Shown here piece by piece: positions 24,954-34,564 of a DNA stretch of 35,155 nt. Location of the stretch: positions 1-35,155 of the IMG/VR virus record IMGVR_UViG_3300036796_000279. One strand, 5' to 3'. Within the stretch, counting starts at the first letter, position 1. Every line of letters begins with the position of its first letter. The translations under genes were made by a program, and so were the position numbers. This DNA comes from a virus. Lineage: Duplodnaviria; Caudoviricetes. The notes beneath the pieces are model-generated. The model was given only the letters and a program-made list of their open reading frames with translations. It was not told the origin of the DNA and searched no databases.

Positions 24954-27949
24954 GTGATGTCGCAAGCCTGTCGGTTGCCCTGCACCTGAATTCCGCTGCT
25001 TTCAAATCGCAGATCACCGACGCGTACCAGAAGGCCGGCCAGGCCAGCAAAAAATTCAATGACCAGGCGACCGCGCAGGCAAACGAATTATCCGAGGCGA
25101 TCGCCAGAACCGTCAGCGCGGCCAAAAACATTGGCATGCAAGGCAATGAGTCTGGTCAGTTCTCCAGCGTTACCCGCGGCGCTGGCCAGCTCAACTTCGT
25201 GCTTCACGAAGTTGCCGCAGGCAGCAACGTTGCCAGCAGTACGATTATTAATGCCCTTATTCCGGCTGTTCACTCGCTTAAAGGCCAATTAGATGGTTCT
25301 GCCGGTGGCTGGAAAACACAGCAGGACGCCGCCCGCAATGCTGCTGCAGAATTAGCGGCAGCCGCGCAAAGCCAGATCGCCGCTGCTCAGGCAGAAAAAC
25401 AGGCCGCGCTTAACAAGGCGGCCATTGCTGAGAAAACTATTGCTGCAGCTCAGGCTCAGCGTGAAGAGGCGATTGCCCTAGACGAGTATTACGCCAAGCA
25501 AACGCAAATGAACAAGCTCTATGGTCTGAACGTCAGCTACCAGGAGCAGCACCTCAAAAACGAGCGCGCCATCATCGAGGCAAACCGCCTGGAATCCGGC
25601 GCGCTGGAAAAACTGAAAACTGTTAAAGCTACTGTGATGGCCGCTGACCTGGCCGAGGCAGAAGGTAAAGCCGCGCTGGTGGCGTCAACTGAGGCGGCAG
25701 CGGCAGCCAATACGCAGATGACTATCTCTCAGCGCATCGCGGCGACCAGCAGTCGCGCACTCAGCTCTGCAATGAGTCTGCTTGGTGGCCCTGTCGGTAT
25801 TGGGCTTAGCGTTCTGGCCGCTGGCGGCACTCTGATCTACAGCGAGTTTAAAAAGGCCGAGGAGCAGACCAAAAAGCTCAATACCGCAATTCTAGACCTT
25901 CACACCTCTTCCCTTGTGTCATTAACAGACCTAAAAAACCTGAATAATCAGCTTGGTGACACTGATGCCTCTATTGATGCTGTAACGGCCACCGCAAAAG
26001 CGGGTTTTAGTGGTCATCTTCTGACTGATGTAGCAACGCTGGCTAATGCATACGCCGAGGCTGGTGGTAGCGCCCAGGATCTTGTTAATAATCTCTCATC
26101 ACTGCGTGGTGACCCCATTGCCGCGATGGAAAAACTGACCTCCCAAGGCGTGGCATTAAATGAGTCTATAATTCAACAGGTTATAAGCTTAACCAAAAAA
26201 GGACAAACTGCACAAGCAACGCAAGTAATAATGGAACAGGCCCTAGAGGCTGAAAACGTCCGGCTGAAAGAACTCGGAGCACAGGCCGACACCTACCTCG
26301 ACAAATTAAAAAATCTTGGGCGAGAATGGGGGGCTCTTGGTGGTCTAAGTGAGGCTGTTGCCTGGGGGGATGTGCTAGGGAGAAATCAGAAAGATTTTGA
26401 GGATAAAACCCGACAGTTTCTGGCCGCAAGTAAAGCTGGTTATGCTGAAGCTCAGAGCGAGCGAATTAAAAACGCCGCTGGCCTTAAAAGCTATATGGAT
26501 GCAGGAACCAGCGCTGCGGAGAAACGTGCTGCGGCAATTAAGAAACTGAATAATAGTATTTATCAACCTGATTCAACCGATTATCAGCGAATCCTCAAAG
26601 GGATTAACGATGAATACGAAAAGTCCACCAAAAAACCAAAAGCCAGCGCCTCTGCTGGGATAACCGAAGGTCAGCGCGCTCTTGAGCAAGCCCAGCAACG
26701 CAATGTAGTTTTGCTGGAGCAAGCACAAACCACAGACAAGCAAACGGAATCGCAGCGTCAGCTTATTATCTTCGAACAAAAGATATCCAGCCTGAAGGGG
26801 GAGCATCTCACTGCCGATCAGCAAAGCCTAGTTAATATGCAGGCACAAATCCGCTCTCAACTTCAGTCGAACGTACAGCTTGAGAAAGAGGCGGCCTTAC
26901 GACAAACGGCAATGAAGTATCAGCAGGAGAGCATTAAGTGGGCTGAAGAAGCAGATGCCATGCAGCGTGAGGCAGCGCTGGCAGTAGAAAAATTCGGTAT
27001 GTCTGAAAGAGAGGCTGCTGATGCAGAAGCCCGTAACGCCATCATTAACCGCTTTAATCAGCGCCGTATAGCGCTGGAGAAAGATTTTACCGATCACACA
27101 TCAGCTGAGTATCAGACCCGGCTCGCTGACCTGGAGAATGCTCAGCAACGTGAGTTGCAGATAACCGAACAGACCAGGCAGCAGAAAATGGCTGCAGAAC
27201 AGGATTTCAGCGCTGGCCTGCGTAAGGGCGCTGTTGACTGGCTGGACTCTGCATCAAGCTACGCAACACAAAGCGCAAACCTCGTTAGCAACACTATGAG
27301 TGGGTTTGTAGATCAATTATCTGGCGCATTGAGCGGGAACAAAGCCAGTTGGCAGGATTGGGCAAATTCTGTATTGCAGTCAATGCAAAAGGTGATCCTC
27401 AACGCAATGCTTGTGAACAGTATTCAGTCTATGGGGGGCTCAAGTCTTTTCGGTTTCTTTGGCGGTGGATCAGGAGGCACAGCCGCTTCAGCGAGCGGGG
27501 GAACCTTTGGCGCTGGCGCATGGGATTCTGCCGCCTCAGGAGTGAAGTTTAATGCCAAAGGTGGGGTTTATGACTCGCCTTCGCTTAGCTCCTACAGCAA
27601 CGGCGTTTTCAATTCTCCTCAGGTATTCGCCTTTGCTAAAGGGGCTGGTGTATTTGCTGAGGCAGGCCCTGAGGCAATTATGCCACTGGCAAGGGGAGCA
27701 AATGGCTCACTGGGTGTAAGGGCTGTTGATGCTGGTGGCTCAAACTCTACAGAGACTTCATCGATGGGCGATCCCATTATTCAAATTACCCAGCACATCA
27801 GTGTATCCGGTAATGGCGATGCCGCTCTCAACCAAGCCATGCAGGAAGCGGCTAGGAAAGGCGCTCAGGATGGCGCTAAGTTGGCTCACCAGAAAATGCT
27901 GGAAGATTTCCAAAACCGCGGGCAGGGGAGGAGATTGCTGGGTGTTTAG
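24950..27949 (+). CDS. Tail tape measure protein
   Basis: 999 aa, Ala/Gln-rich helical; FNAKGGVY..FAFAKGAGVFAEAGPEAIMPL motif. Confidence 0.95.
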   Translation: MSDVASLSVALHLNSAAFKSQITDAYQKAGQASKKFNDQATAQANELSEAIARTVSAAKNIGMQGNESGQFSSVTRGAGQLNFVLHEVAAGSNVASSTIINALIPAVHSLKGQLDGSAGGWKTQQDAARNAAAELAAAAQSQIAAAQAEKQAALNKAAIAEKTIAAAQAQREEAIALDEYYAKQTQMNKLYGLNVSYQEQHLKNERAIIEANRLESGALEKLKTVKATVMAADLAEAEGKAALVASTEAAAAANTQMTISQRIAATSSRALSSAMSLLGGPVGIGLSVLAAGGTLIYSEFKKAEEQTKKLNTAILDLHTSSLVSLTDLKNLNNQLGDTDASIDAVTATAKAGFSGHLLTDVATLANAYAEAGGSAQDLVNNLSSLRGDPIAAMEKLTSQGVALNESIIQQVISLTKKGQTAQATQVIMEQALEAENVRLKELGAQADTYLDKLKNLGREWGALGGLSEAVAWGDVLGRNQKDFEDKTRQFLAASKAGYAEAQSERIKNAAGLKSYMDAGTSAAEKRAAAIKKLNNSIYQPDSTDYQRILKGINDEYEKSTKKPKASASAGITEGQRALEQAQQRNVVLLEQAQTTDKQTESQRQLIIFEQKISSLKGEHLTADQQSLVNMQAQIRSQLQSNVQLEKEAALRQTAMKYQQESIKWAEEADAMQREAALAVEKFGMSEREAADAEARNAIINRFNQRRIALEKDFTDHTSAEYQTRLADLENAQQRELQITEQTRQQKMAAEQDFSAGLRKGAVDWLDSASSYATQSANLVSNTMSGFVDQLSGALSGNKASWQDWANSVLQSMQKVILNAMLVNSIQSMGGSSLFGFFGGGSGGTAASASGGTFGAGAWDSAASGVKFNAKGGVYDSPSLSSYSNGVFNSPQVFAFAKGAGVFAEAGPEAIMPLARGANGSLGVRAVDAGGSNSTETSSMGDPIIQITQHISVSGNGDAALNQAMQEAARKGAQDGAKLAHQKMLEDFQNRGQGRRLLGV

Positions 27950-28016
27950 ATCTGGCTGATCTCTTCATCAACCAGTGATAGGATTACGCTAGAATCTTAT
28001 TTATGGGGATGCAGAT

Positions 28017-28448
28017 GTGAAAGGGATTGGCTTGGTTGTTCTGGTTGTCGGTGTCATATGGGCAATTGTTGCTCTGAATATGGATGTGAGTGTTGCCACA
28101 GGATATGGGAGGGTAAATAATATAGGATTGATGGCATCAAGACAGACTCATTTAATTTTTGCTGGTTTTTTATCTATTGCCGGTATTTTGCTAGTTCTAT
28201 TTGGTGATAAATTTAGCCTGTCCACTATAGAAAGGAAATGTCCTTTCTGTGCAGAATTAATAAGTAAAGAAGCAACAAAGTGCAAGCACTGTGGAATCGA
28301 TGTATCGCAAATTGAAACCCATAATTCAATAGCTGAAGATGTGACGCCTTCTGTAGCTCATGGATGGTTTAGCACCAAGGTAACGATAGGGATTGTCGTT
28401 GGTATATTCGCAGTTATTGTGTTACATATCGTTGTCTATAGAATGTAG
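28017..28448 (+). CDS. Moron: membrane protein with Zn ribbon
   Basis: Three hydrophobic segments; KCPFCAELI..EATKCKHCG; AT-rich. Confidence 0.8.
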   Translation: MKGIGLVVLVVGVIWAIVALNMDVSVATGYGRVNNIGLMASRQTHLIFAGFLSIAGILLVLFGDKFSLSTIERKCPFCAELISKEATKCKHCGIDVSQIETHNSIAEDVTPSVAHGWFSTKVTIGIVVGIFAVIVLHIVVYRM

Positions 28449-28488
28449 TTTGTATTATATTTTTCATGTTGATTTAAGGATGATGATT

Positions 28489-29172
28489 ATGCGCTTCTTG
28501 ATACCACTAACTATTTTGGTAGTACCAACTTTTGCATTTGCTGCTGCAGGAGATCAGACTTTATCTGTTGGGTACACACAGATACATTCATCAGGTTTGA
28601 AAGGATATTACAATCAGGTTGCAAATCTATATAGCGATGTAACAAATAGCGCTGCGTTATATGGCGGTCAAAAATCATCATTAGACATTGATAACTATAA
28701 GCAACCGGAAGGCATGTTCATCAGGTATCGTTATGAATACGATCATAGCCTTGGTGTCGTAGGGTCATTATCATATGCTGTGCAGGATAACAATATAAAC
28801 ACATCAAATGTTTACTCCAGATTTGGTGTGAATTATGAAGATGCATATAAGAACAATATAAGTAGCAACTATTTTTCTGCATTGATAGGACCATCGTATA
28901 GAATAAACAGTTATTTAAGCCTGTTGGCTATGGCTGGCATATCTTATAAAAGTGTAGAAACCAAGATAAAGGCGTTTTCTTACGAGAATGACCGGGTGGT
29001 AAATTCAGGTGCATATTCTGAAAGTGAGCATAAGTTTTCACCAGCTTACAGCCTTGGCGCTCAGGTTAATATCTACCAGGGTCTGGTAATTGATGCGGCT
29101 TATGAAGCATCATCTGGGGGAAGACAATGGAAAACAAACGGATTCACCGTAGGCATCGGTTATAAATTCTGA
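28489..29172 (+). CDS. Ail/Lom/OmpX-family outer-membrane beta-barrel
   Basis: Signal peptide, TLSVGY, RYRYE, GPSYRIN, AYSLGAQ.N, terminal VGIGYKF. Confidence 0.9.
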   Translation: MRFLIPLTILVVPTFAFAAAGDQTLSVGYTQIHSSGLKGYYNQVANLYSDVTNSAALYGGQKSSLDIDNYKQPEGMFIRYRYEYDHSLGVVGSLSYAVQDNNINTSNVYSRFGVNYEDAYKNNISSNYFSALIGPSYRINSYLSLLAMAGISYKSVETKIKAFSYENDRVVNSGAYSESEHKFSPAYSLGAQVNIYQGLVIDAAYEASSGGRQWKTNGFTVGIGYKF

Positions 29173-29189
29173 ACCGATAGACGCTTTTC

Positions 29190-29216
29190 AAAACCGCCCG
29201 CCGAGGCGGTTTTTTT
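29190..29216 (+). terminator. Moron terminator (possibly bidirectional)
   Basis: AAAACCGCC..GGCGGTTTTTTT. Confidence 0.8.
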
Positions 29217-29228
29217 ATGGAGTAAGCT

Positions 29229-29822
29229 ATGGCTGTGCTCGAGTGGCCACAAGATGTATGCCCGGCCTCATTAACCTGGCGGCCGGAAAGTAACAGCAAA
29301 ACGTTCCGATCCCCCTTCAATGGCGCTTCACAAACTGTTCGTTTCCCTGGCACCCGCTGGCTTTGCTCCCTGACCTTTACCAACCTGACCGACGACAAAT
29401 CCCGGCGCATTGATGCGCTGGTGGCTGCGCTGGAAGGTGAATATGGCCGGGTAAAAATTCGAGACTGGGGCAGGGACGGGCGAACACCTGCGGGTGCGCC
29501 GGTTGTTTCGGATGCCGAACAGTCTGGCGTGTCACTGAACACCAAAGGCTGGACGCCGGGCGCGGTAGTGCTGCGCACAGGGGATTACTTCACAGTGAAC
29601 AACGAGTTGAAGATGGTCACCGCCGACGCCAGCAGCAATAGTAGCGGCGTGGCCATAATCCAGTTTGCCCCGATGCTGCGCAGCGCGCCGCCGGCGAATA
29701 CCCCGCTGGAGGTCGCCGCGCCTTACGGCATTTTCAAACTGAAGGATAACAGCCAGGGAACGGGCAACCGGGTACCGGGAGTATTTACCAGTTACACCAT
29801 CGATTTTGAGGAGGCTTTCTGA
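29229..29822 (+). CDS. Distal tail (Dit-like) protein
   Basis: Synteny after TMP; FRSPFNGASQT..PG.RW. Confidence 0.7.
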   Translation: MAVLEWPQDVCPASLTWRPESNSKTFRSPFNGASQTVRFPGTRWLCSLTFTNLTDDKSRRIDALVAALEGEYGRVKIRDWGRDGRTPAGAPVVSDAEQSGVSLNTKGWTPGAVVLRTGDYFTVNNELKMVTADASSNSSGVAIIQFAPMLRSAPPANTPLEVAAPYGIFKLKDNSQGTGNRVPGVFTSYTIDFEEAF

Positions 29823-30406
29823 TGATTGTTGCGCCATTTTCCGACGACATGATCACGTGGCTTTCCCGCGACCGTGTAACCGCTGTACTGGCGGCAAAGA
29901 TTGAGTTTGAGTCCGGGACGGTATACGTGCATTCCGGTACAGGACCTATGGTGCTAAACGGTTTTGTCTATAACGGGCTGGGTACAATGGGCAGCGTTGA
30001 TGATGTGGGCGAAACCAGCACAACCAGCCCCACGCAGTTGAAGATGACACTTTCCGGGCTGGATATGTCGCTGTTTGCCACGACGCTAAACGAGCGCTGC
30101 GTCGGTCGTCCGGCAGAGCTTTACCTTGTCGCCCTGGATGATTCCGGCGTGCCGCAAGTTGCTGACTTGCTGTTTAAAGGTAAGGTCACCGGCACCGGGG
30201 CCACTTGTGGCAGCACCAATGCGCTGCAGTACACCATTAGTAATGTTTTTGAAGACTGGCAGCGGCCATTCCCGGATCGCTTCACCGACGAATCTCACCA
30301 GGCTGTGCAGCCCGGCGACCGTATCTTTCGCTATGTGGCCCAGATGGCCGAGCGTTCCATCTTCTGGGGAAGCAAGAAAGACGCTCCACCATTTACTTAT
30401 TCATAG
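29822..30406 (+). CDS. Minor tail tip protein
   Basis: Synteny; Y.GLG.MG, LSG, RFTDESHQ...PGD..F.YV. Confidence 0.7.
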   Translation: MIVAPFSDDMITWLSRDRVTAVLAAKIEFESGTVYVHSGTGPMVLNGFVYNGLGTMGSVDDVGETSTTSPTQLKMTLSGLDMSLFATTLNERCVGRPAELYLVALDDSGVPQVADLLFKGKVTGTGATCGSTNALQYTISNVFEDWQRPFPDRFTDESHQAVQPGDRIFRYVAQMAERSIFWGSKKDAPPFTYS

Positions 30407-30414
30407 GGGATCGC

Positions 30415-30813
30415 ATGAAGCATCCTGACTGGCAAAAAAGACTGATAGACGTGATTAGGGCCGCTGAAAAGCGGCCTTTTTTATGGGGCGAGCATGACTG
30501 CTGTCTGTTTGCTGCCGACTGCGCCCAGGCTATGTGCGGAGAGGATTTTGCATCTGATTTGCGCGGGACCTACAGCACGGACGTAGGCGCTAAGCGCGTG
30601 CTGCTTAATCGCGGTGGCTCGATTGAGAAGGTGCTGGCGCAGCATCTGGATGAAGTGCCTGTTAGCCTGCGCCAGCGTGGGGATATTGCCGTGGTGATGA
30701 GTGGCGACAGCCGCTGCGCCGGGGTTGTGTTCAGCGGCACCGTTTTTGTTCCCGGGGAAACCGGGCTGGTGAAAGTGTCGGGCAAGCCCGAGAGTGTCTG
30801 GAGGGTTCGATAA
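30415..30813 (+). CDS. NlpC/P60-like tail assembly protein
   Basis: PFLWGEHDCCLFAADC..RGDI. Confidence 0.75.
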   Translation: MKHPDWQKRLIDVIRAAEKRPFLWGEHDCCLFAADCAQAMCGEDFASDLRGTYSTDVGAKRVLLNRGGSIEKVLAQHLDEVPVSLRQRGDIAVVMSGDSRCAGVVFSGTVFVPGETGLVKVSGKPESVWRVR

Positions 30814-33497
30814 TGCCTGCAGCTATTCCTATTATTGGGGCCGTAGCTGCTGGAGTGGCTGCGTCCTATGAAGCCTACGGAATTGCGATGGCGATTACGA
30901 TTGCGGCGCAGATTGCGACACAGGCACTGACAAAGACTCCTTCTCTTGGCAATTATCGAGATAACTCAGAGCGTAAGCAGGTGCTGCGCGCGGCCGCCAG
31001 CGCAAAAACAGTGACTTATGGGCAGACGTTATCCGCGGGCACGCTTTTTTTCTCAGAAGAGCAGCCAGGCGAGCAGGAAGACGGCGAGCTGCTGCACCTG
31101 GCGATTACGCTGGCCGGTCATCCGCTTTCCAGTGTTGGTAAAATTTACCTGGGCGATGATGAAATCGCCACATATGCCGAGTACGCACAGTACGAAGTGC
31201 ATATTGACCGCCAGACCGCCGACCCCTATTTACTCGCTAACGCCCCATCCTGGAAAGCCGACATGATCGGCAAAGGCATCAGTTGGTTGCGACTCACGCT
31301 GAAATACAGCGCTGAAAAATTCCCTTCAGGCATTCCAAATGTGCGTGTCGAAAAGTTTGGGCGCCCGGTCTACGACCCACGCACCGGACAAACTGTTTAT
31401 TCGAACAATGCCGCGCTCTGCATTCTGGACTATTACCGCAACTACCTGAATGTGCCTGACAGTGACATTCTCTGGGACCAGTTTCAGGAAGCGGCCAATA
31501 TCGCTGATGAGCTTGTTAGCCGGGCCGATGGTGCCACGGAGAAGCGGTACACGATTAACGGCGAGTTCGATTTAAGCGAGAACAAAGCCAGCATCCTTGA
31601 AGCGATGCTTTCAGCCTGTGCCGGAGAGCCAACCTATACCGCAGGCAAGCACGGTATCCTTGTCGGGGCGTATTATGGCCCGGCCAGTCTGGTTATCACC
31701 GAAAACCAGTTAGCTGGCGATATTGAAATCATGCCAGAGGTGTCGCAGTCAGAGCGAGTGAATACTATAAAAGGGACGTTCACCGATCCGCTTCAGTTCT
31801 ACTCCGAAACAGATTTTCCGGCCGTATCGGTCAGCGAGTGGGTAACCGAGGATGGCGTAGAGATTTCGCAGGATATGAAACTCCGCTTCGTCACTTCGGA
31901 GTTCCAGGGCCAGCGCCTGGCTGACATCAAGCTGAAGCGTACACGTATATCACGCACGATGAACGTTGTGCTGAATCTGAGCGGGTACCGCTACCGGCCT
32001 GGTATGTACGTGAAAGTTAATTTCCCGACTCTTGCCATGAACAATGTTGAGATGCGCGTCACTGACTGGAAGTTTGGCGTGCAGAACGGCGTGCAGCTGA
32101 CGCTTAAACAGGAAACCTCGGATGTTTGGGGGGATGCGATCGGCAAGCCGATTGAGCGGCCGCCATTCACCCAACTTCCTCCGGGTGGAGTGGCCCAGCC
32201 TCAGAACCTGCGTTATACGGTCGAGGAAATTGGGCAGGTGGTGCAGGGAGTGTTGTCCTGGCAGAACATCGGGCAGGTTTCCTACAACAAAGTGATCATT
32301 CGGCGCGCCGGTGTTCCCGTCCTCTCTGTGCAGGTCCCGGGTTCATTTACCCGGCTAACCGGGTTGCCGCGCGACAGTTATACCGCCCATGTAATTGCTG
32401 TTAACCAGATGGGCGGCCAGTCACCGGAAGCTTTTCTGCAGTTCAACATTGATGCGCCGCCGGCGCCGTCGATCGTGGATATCGAGCAGGGATATTTTTC
32501 TGTCACGCTGAAACCACGGCTGGCCGAACTTACCAGCGTTTCCACGCAGTTTGATTTCTGGACCTCCGGAGAAACTAAGCTCGCCAATACTGATACGGCG
32601 ACGGTGGAGGCGCATGCCACGCGCGCGGGCATGGGCACGATATGGACGAGCAACGAGCTGCAGGTCGACCACACCTATTACTGGTATGTGCGCACAATTA
32701 ATGCCTTCGGCTCGTCAGCTTTTGTGGAAGTAGCTGCGCTGTGCAGCATGGACACCGGCAGCCTGATTGACCTGGTCGATGATGCTGTCCGGGATTCGGA
32801 CGCATTCAAAAATGTTGCTGACGGAGTGGATACCAACCTGGAAGGCATCATGGAAAACGCACTGGCCAATCACGGCAGCGTAGAACGCCAGTTCCAGCAA
32901 CTTGGGCAGACGCGTGCGGAAATCATGACAGTGCGGACTACTGTTGCCAACCTGGATGGGGCTTTCGCCGAGTTGGCCGATTATGTCCAGGCGCAGATTG
33001 GCCCGGATGGCGAACTGATGGCTGCCGTTAATCAGAAAATGACAGCAGAGGTTAAAAGCGATGGCACAGCGAAGGCAAGCTATACCCTCAACATGGGGAT
33101 CGTCAGAAATGGTGTGAAGTACAACACCGGATTCGGGATGTCTATTGAGCCCTCCGGCGATTCGTATAAATCGACAGTTGTGTTTGCTGCTGACCAGTTT
33201 GGGGTTTATACCGGAAATGACCCAGGGAACTATAAACCGGCCATGATCCTTAAAAACGGTCAGGCATTTTTCAACGAGATATTCACGGATTACGCTTCAT
33301 TTACACTGGCGAAAATCGGGCAGTGGCGCTCGGCTAACTATGTTCCAGGTAGCACCGGCACGCGTATGGATGCTGATGGCTCATTTGAAGTAAATGGTGG
33401 TGCGCCGGGCGGTGGTCGCCTCGTCATTAATGGCCCGCGCATTTCTGCTATCGATGCGAACGGGGTTGAGCAAGCAAGGTTTGGGTACCTGAAATGA
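30813..33497 (+). CDS. Central tail fibre / tip attachment protein (gpJ-like)
   Basis: 894 aa; VYDPRTG..YSNN.AL, FnIII-like YWYVRTINAFG, C-terminal VVFAADQF segment. Confidence 0.9.
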   Translation: MPAAIPIIGAVAAGVAASYEAYGIAMAITIAAQIATQALTKTPSLGNYRDNSERKQVLRAAASAKTVTYGQTLSAGTLFFSEEQPGEQEDGELLHLAITLAGHPLSSVGKIYLGDDEIATYAEYAQYEVHIDRQTADPYLLANAPSWKADMIGKGISWLRLTLKYSAEKFPSGIPNVRVEKFGRPVYDPRTGQTVYSNNAALCILDYYRNYLNVPDSDILWDQFQEAANIADELVSRADGATEKRYTINGEFDLSENKASILEAMLSACAGEPTYTAGKHGILVGAYYGPASLVITENQLAGDIEIMPEVSQSERVNTIKGTFTDPLQFYSETDFPAVSVSEWVTEDGVEISQDMKLRFVTSEFQGQRLADIKLKRTRISRTMNVVLNLSGYRYRPGMYVKVNFPTLAMNNVEMRVTDWKFGVQNGVQLTLKQETSDVWGDAIGKPIERPPFTQLPPGGVAQPQNLRYTVEEIGQVVQGVLSWQNIGQVSYNKVIIRRAGVPVLSVQVPGSFTRLTGLPRDSYTAHVIAVNQMGGQSPEAFLQFNIDAPPAPSIVDIEQGYFSVTLKPRLAELTSVSTQFDFWTSGETKLANTDTATVEAHATRAGMGTIWTSNELQVDHTYYWYVRTINAFGSSAFVEVAALCSMDTGSLIDLVDDAVRDSDAFKNVADGVDTNLEGIMENALANHGSVERQFQQLGQTRAEIMTVRTTVANLDGAFAELADYVQAQIGPDGELMAAVNQKMTAEVKSDGTAKASYTLNMGIVRNGVKYNTGFGMSIEPSGDSYKSTVVFAADQFGVYTGNDPGNYKPAMILKNGQAFFNEIFTDYASFTLAKIGQWRSANYVPGSTGTRMDADGSFEVNGGAPGGGRLVINGPRISAIDANGVEQARFGYLK

Positions 33498-34501
33498 GCG
33501 GAGACTGGGGTATGATGGTTCGGGGGAGGACAAACGTTGCTGACGCTTCCCCGCTGCAGTTTTTACGGAAAATACCGCGTAGCGAAATGAACCTGCAGAG
33601 CGGACAGTCAACGAACTACGACTTCACGGGCCAGGTTCCTGCAGGAACGCAGCTCGTCGTTTTTACTGACGTCGCTGTTGAGGTGCTGACATCGGCTATT
33701 ATGCTCGGCGTTCACACTGTTCCGATCAACATCACCGTGAATGGTTTGGTTGTGAATGTTTCTATCCCGCCGTGGGGAACAGGAAGCTGGAACTATCCGC
33801 CACCGACATGGCCGCTTGGTTTTTGGGTGTTCGCTATTTACGGACAGCCATCACGTGGAGACTGGGGCGCATGGGTTAATCAGGGTGGTGCGTTCCCGGC
33901 AGTAGTAAACAGCGATGCTGGCATGTTCCTCACACAGAAAATGAGCATTAATTTTACTGGCTCTTATCCGATTAACTGCTCTGAAAATGCGCTGGTTTTC
34001 TGCTCGTGCACTGACGCCTCAATTGGTCTTGTTTTTGACAGGGCCGATATGACGCTGAAGGGTTACCGACCCAGCGGCAATATCTGGGGAAATCAGGGAG
34101 GGTTCAGTGTGCCGGTAAACATTTGCGTGTTTGATATCAAAACGCCAACTGTGCCGGACTGGGGATTCTGGGTAAAAGGCCGGGACGGAAAGATAGCATT
34201 CACATCCGCAGAGACACCGTTAATTATTCGCGAGTGGGTAACCGTTCCCGGCTATGTTGGTGCCATGAATGGTTTTTCCGGCGTTCCATATGGGCCAATG
34301 ATATTGCCCACCCACGTAGGGACAAAGACGACGAATGAATCTGATATCTGGAAATGTAATTTATCAACAAATGGGCAGGGGTTAGGCATTAGCTCCGGCG
34401 CTCAATTAATTCATGTCGGTTCAAACATTCTGAATGATGTTGAGATAATTGCGTATTCGGGTAAGCCGATTCCGGTCATCTGGTCCAGTGATTATTTTTA
34501 G
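33494..34501 (+). CDS. Tail-tip accessory protein with three DWG repeats
   Basis: ATGA overlap with J; GDWGMMV / GDWGAWV / PDWGFWV. Confidence 0.7.
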   Translation: MSGDWGMMVRGRTNVADASPLQFLRKIPRSEMNLQSGQSTNYDFTGQVPAGTQLVVFTDVAVEVLTSAIMLGVHTVPINITVNGLVVNVSIPPWGTGSWNYPPPTWPLGFWVFAIYGQPSRGDWGAWVNQGGAFPAVVNSDAGMFLTQKMSINFTGSYPINCSENALVFCSCTDASIGLVFDRADMTLKGYRPSGNIWGNQGGFSVPVNICVFDIKTPTVPDWGFWVKGRDGKIAFTSAETPLIIREWVTVPGYVGAMNGFSGVPYGPMILPTHVGTKTTNESDIWKCNLSTNGQGLGISSGAQLIHVGSNILNDVEIIAYSGKPIPVIWSSDYF

Positions 34502-34520
34502 AAAAAACCATGCATATAAG

Positions 34521-34541
34521 ACCCGCTTCTGCGGGTTTTTT
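34521..34541 (+). terminator. Intrinsic terminator
   Basis: ACCCGC-TTCT-GCGGGT followed by a T run. Confidence 0.75.
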
Positions 34542-34564
34542 ATTGTCTGCAATCAGGAGACGCT

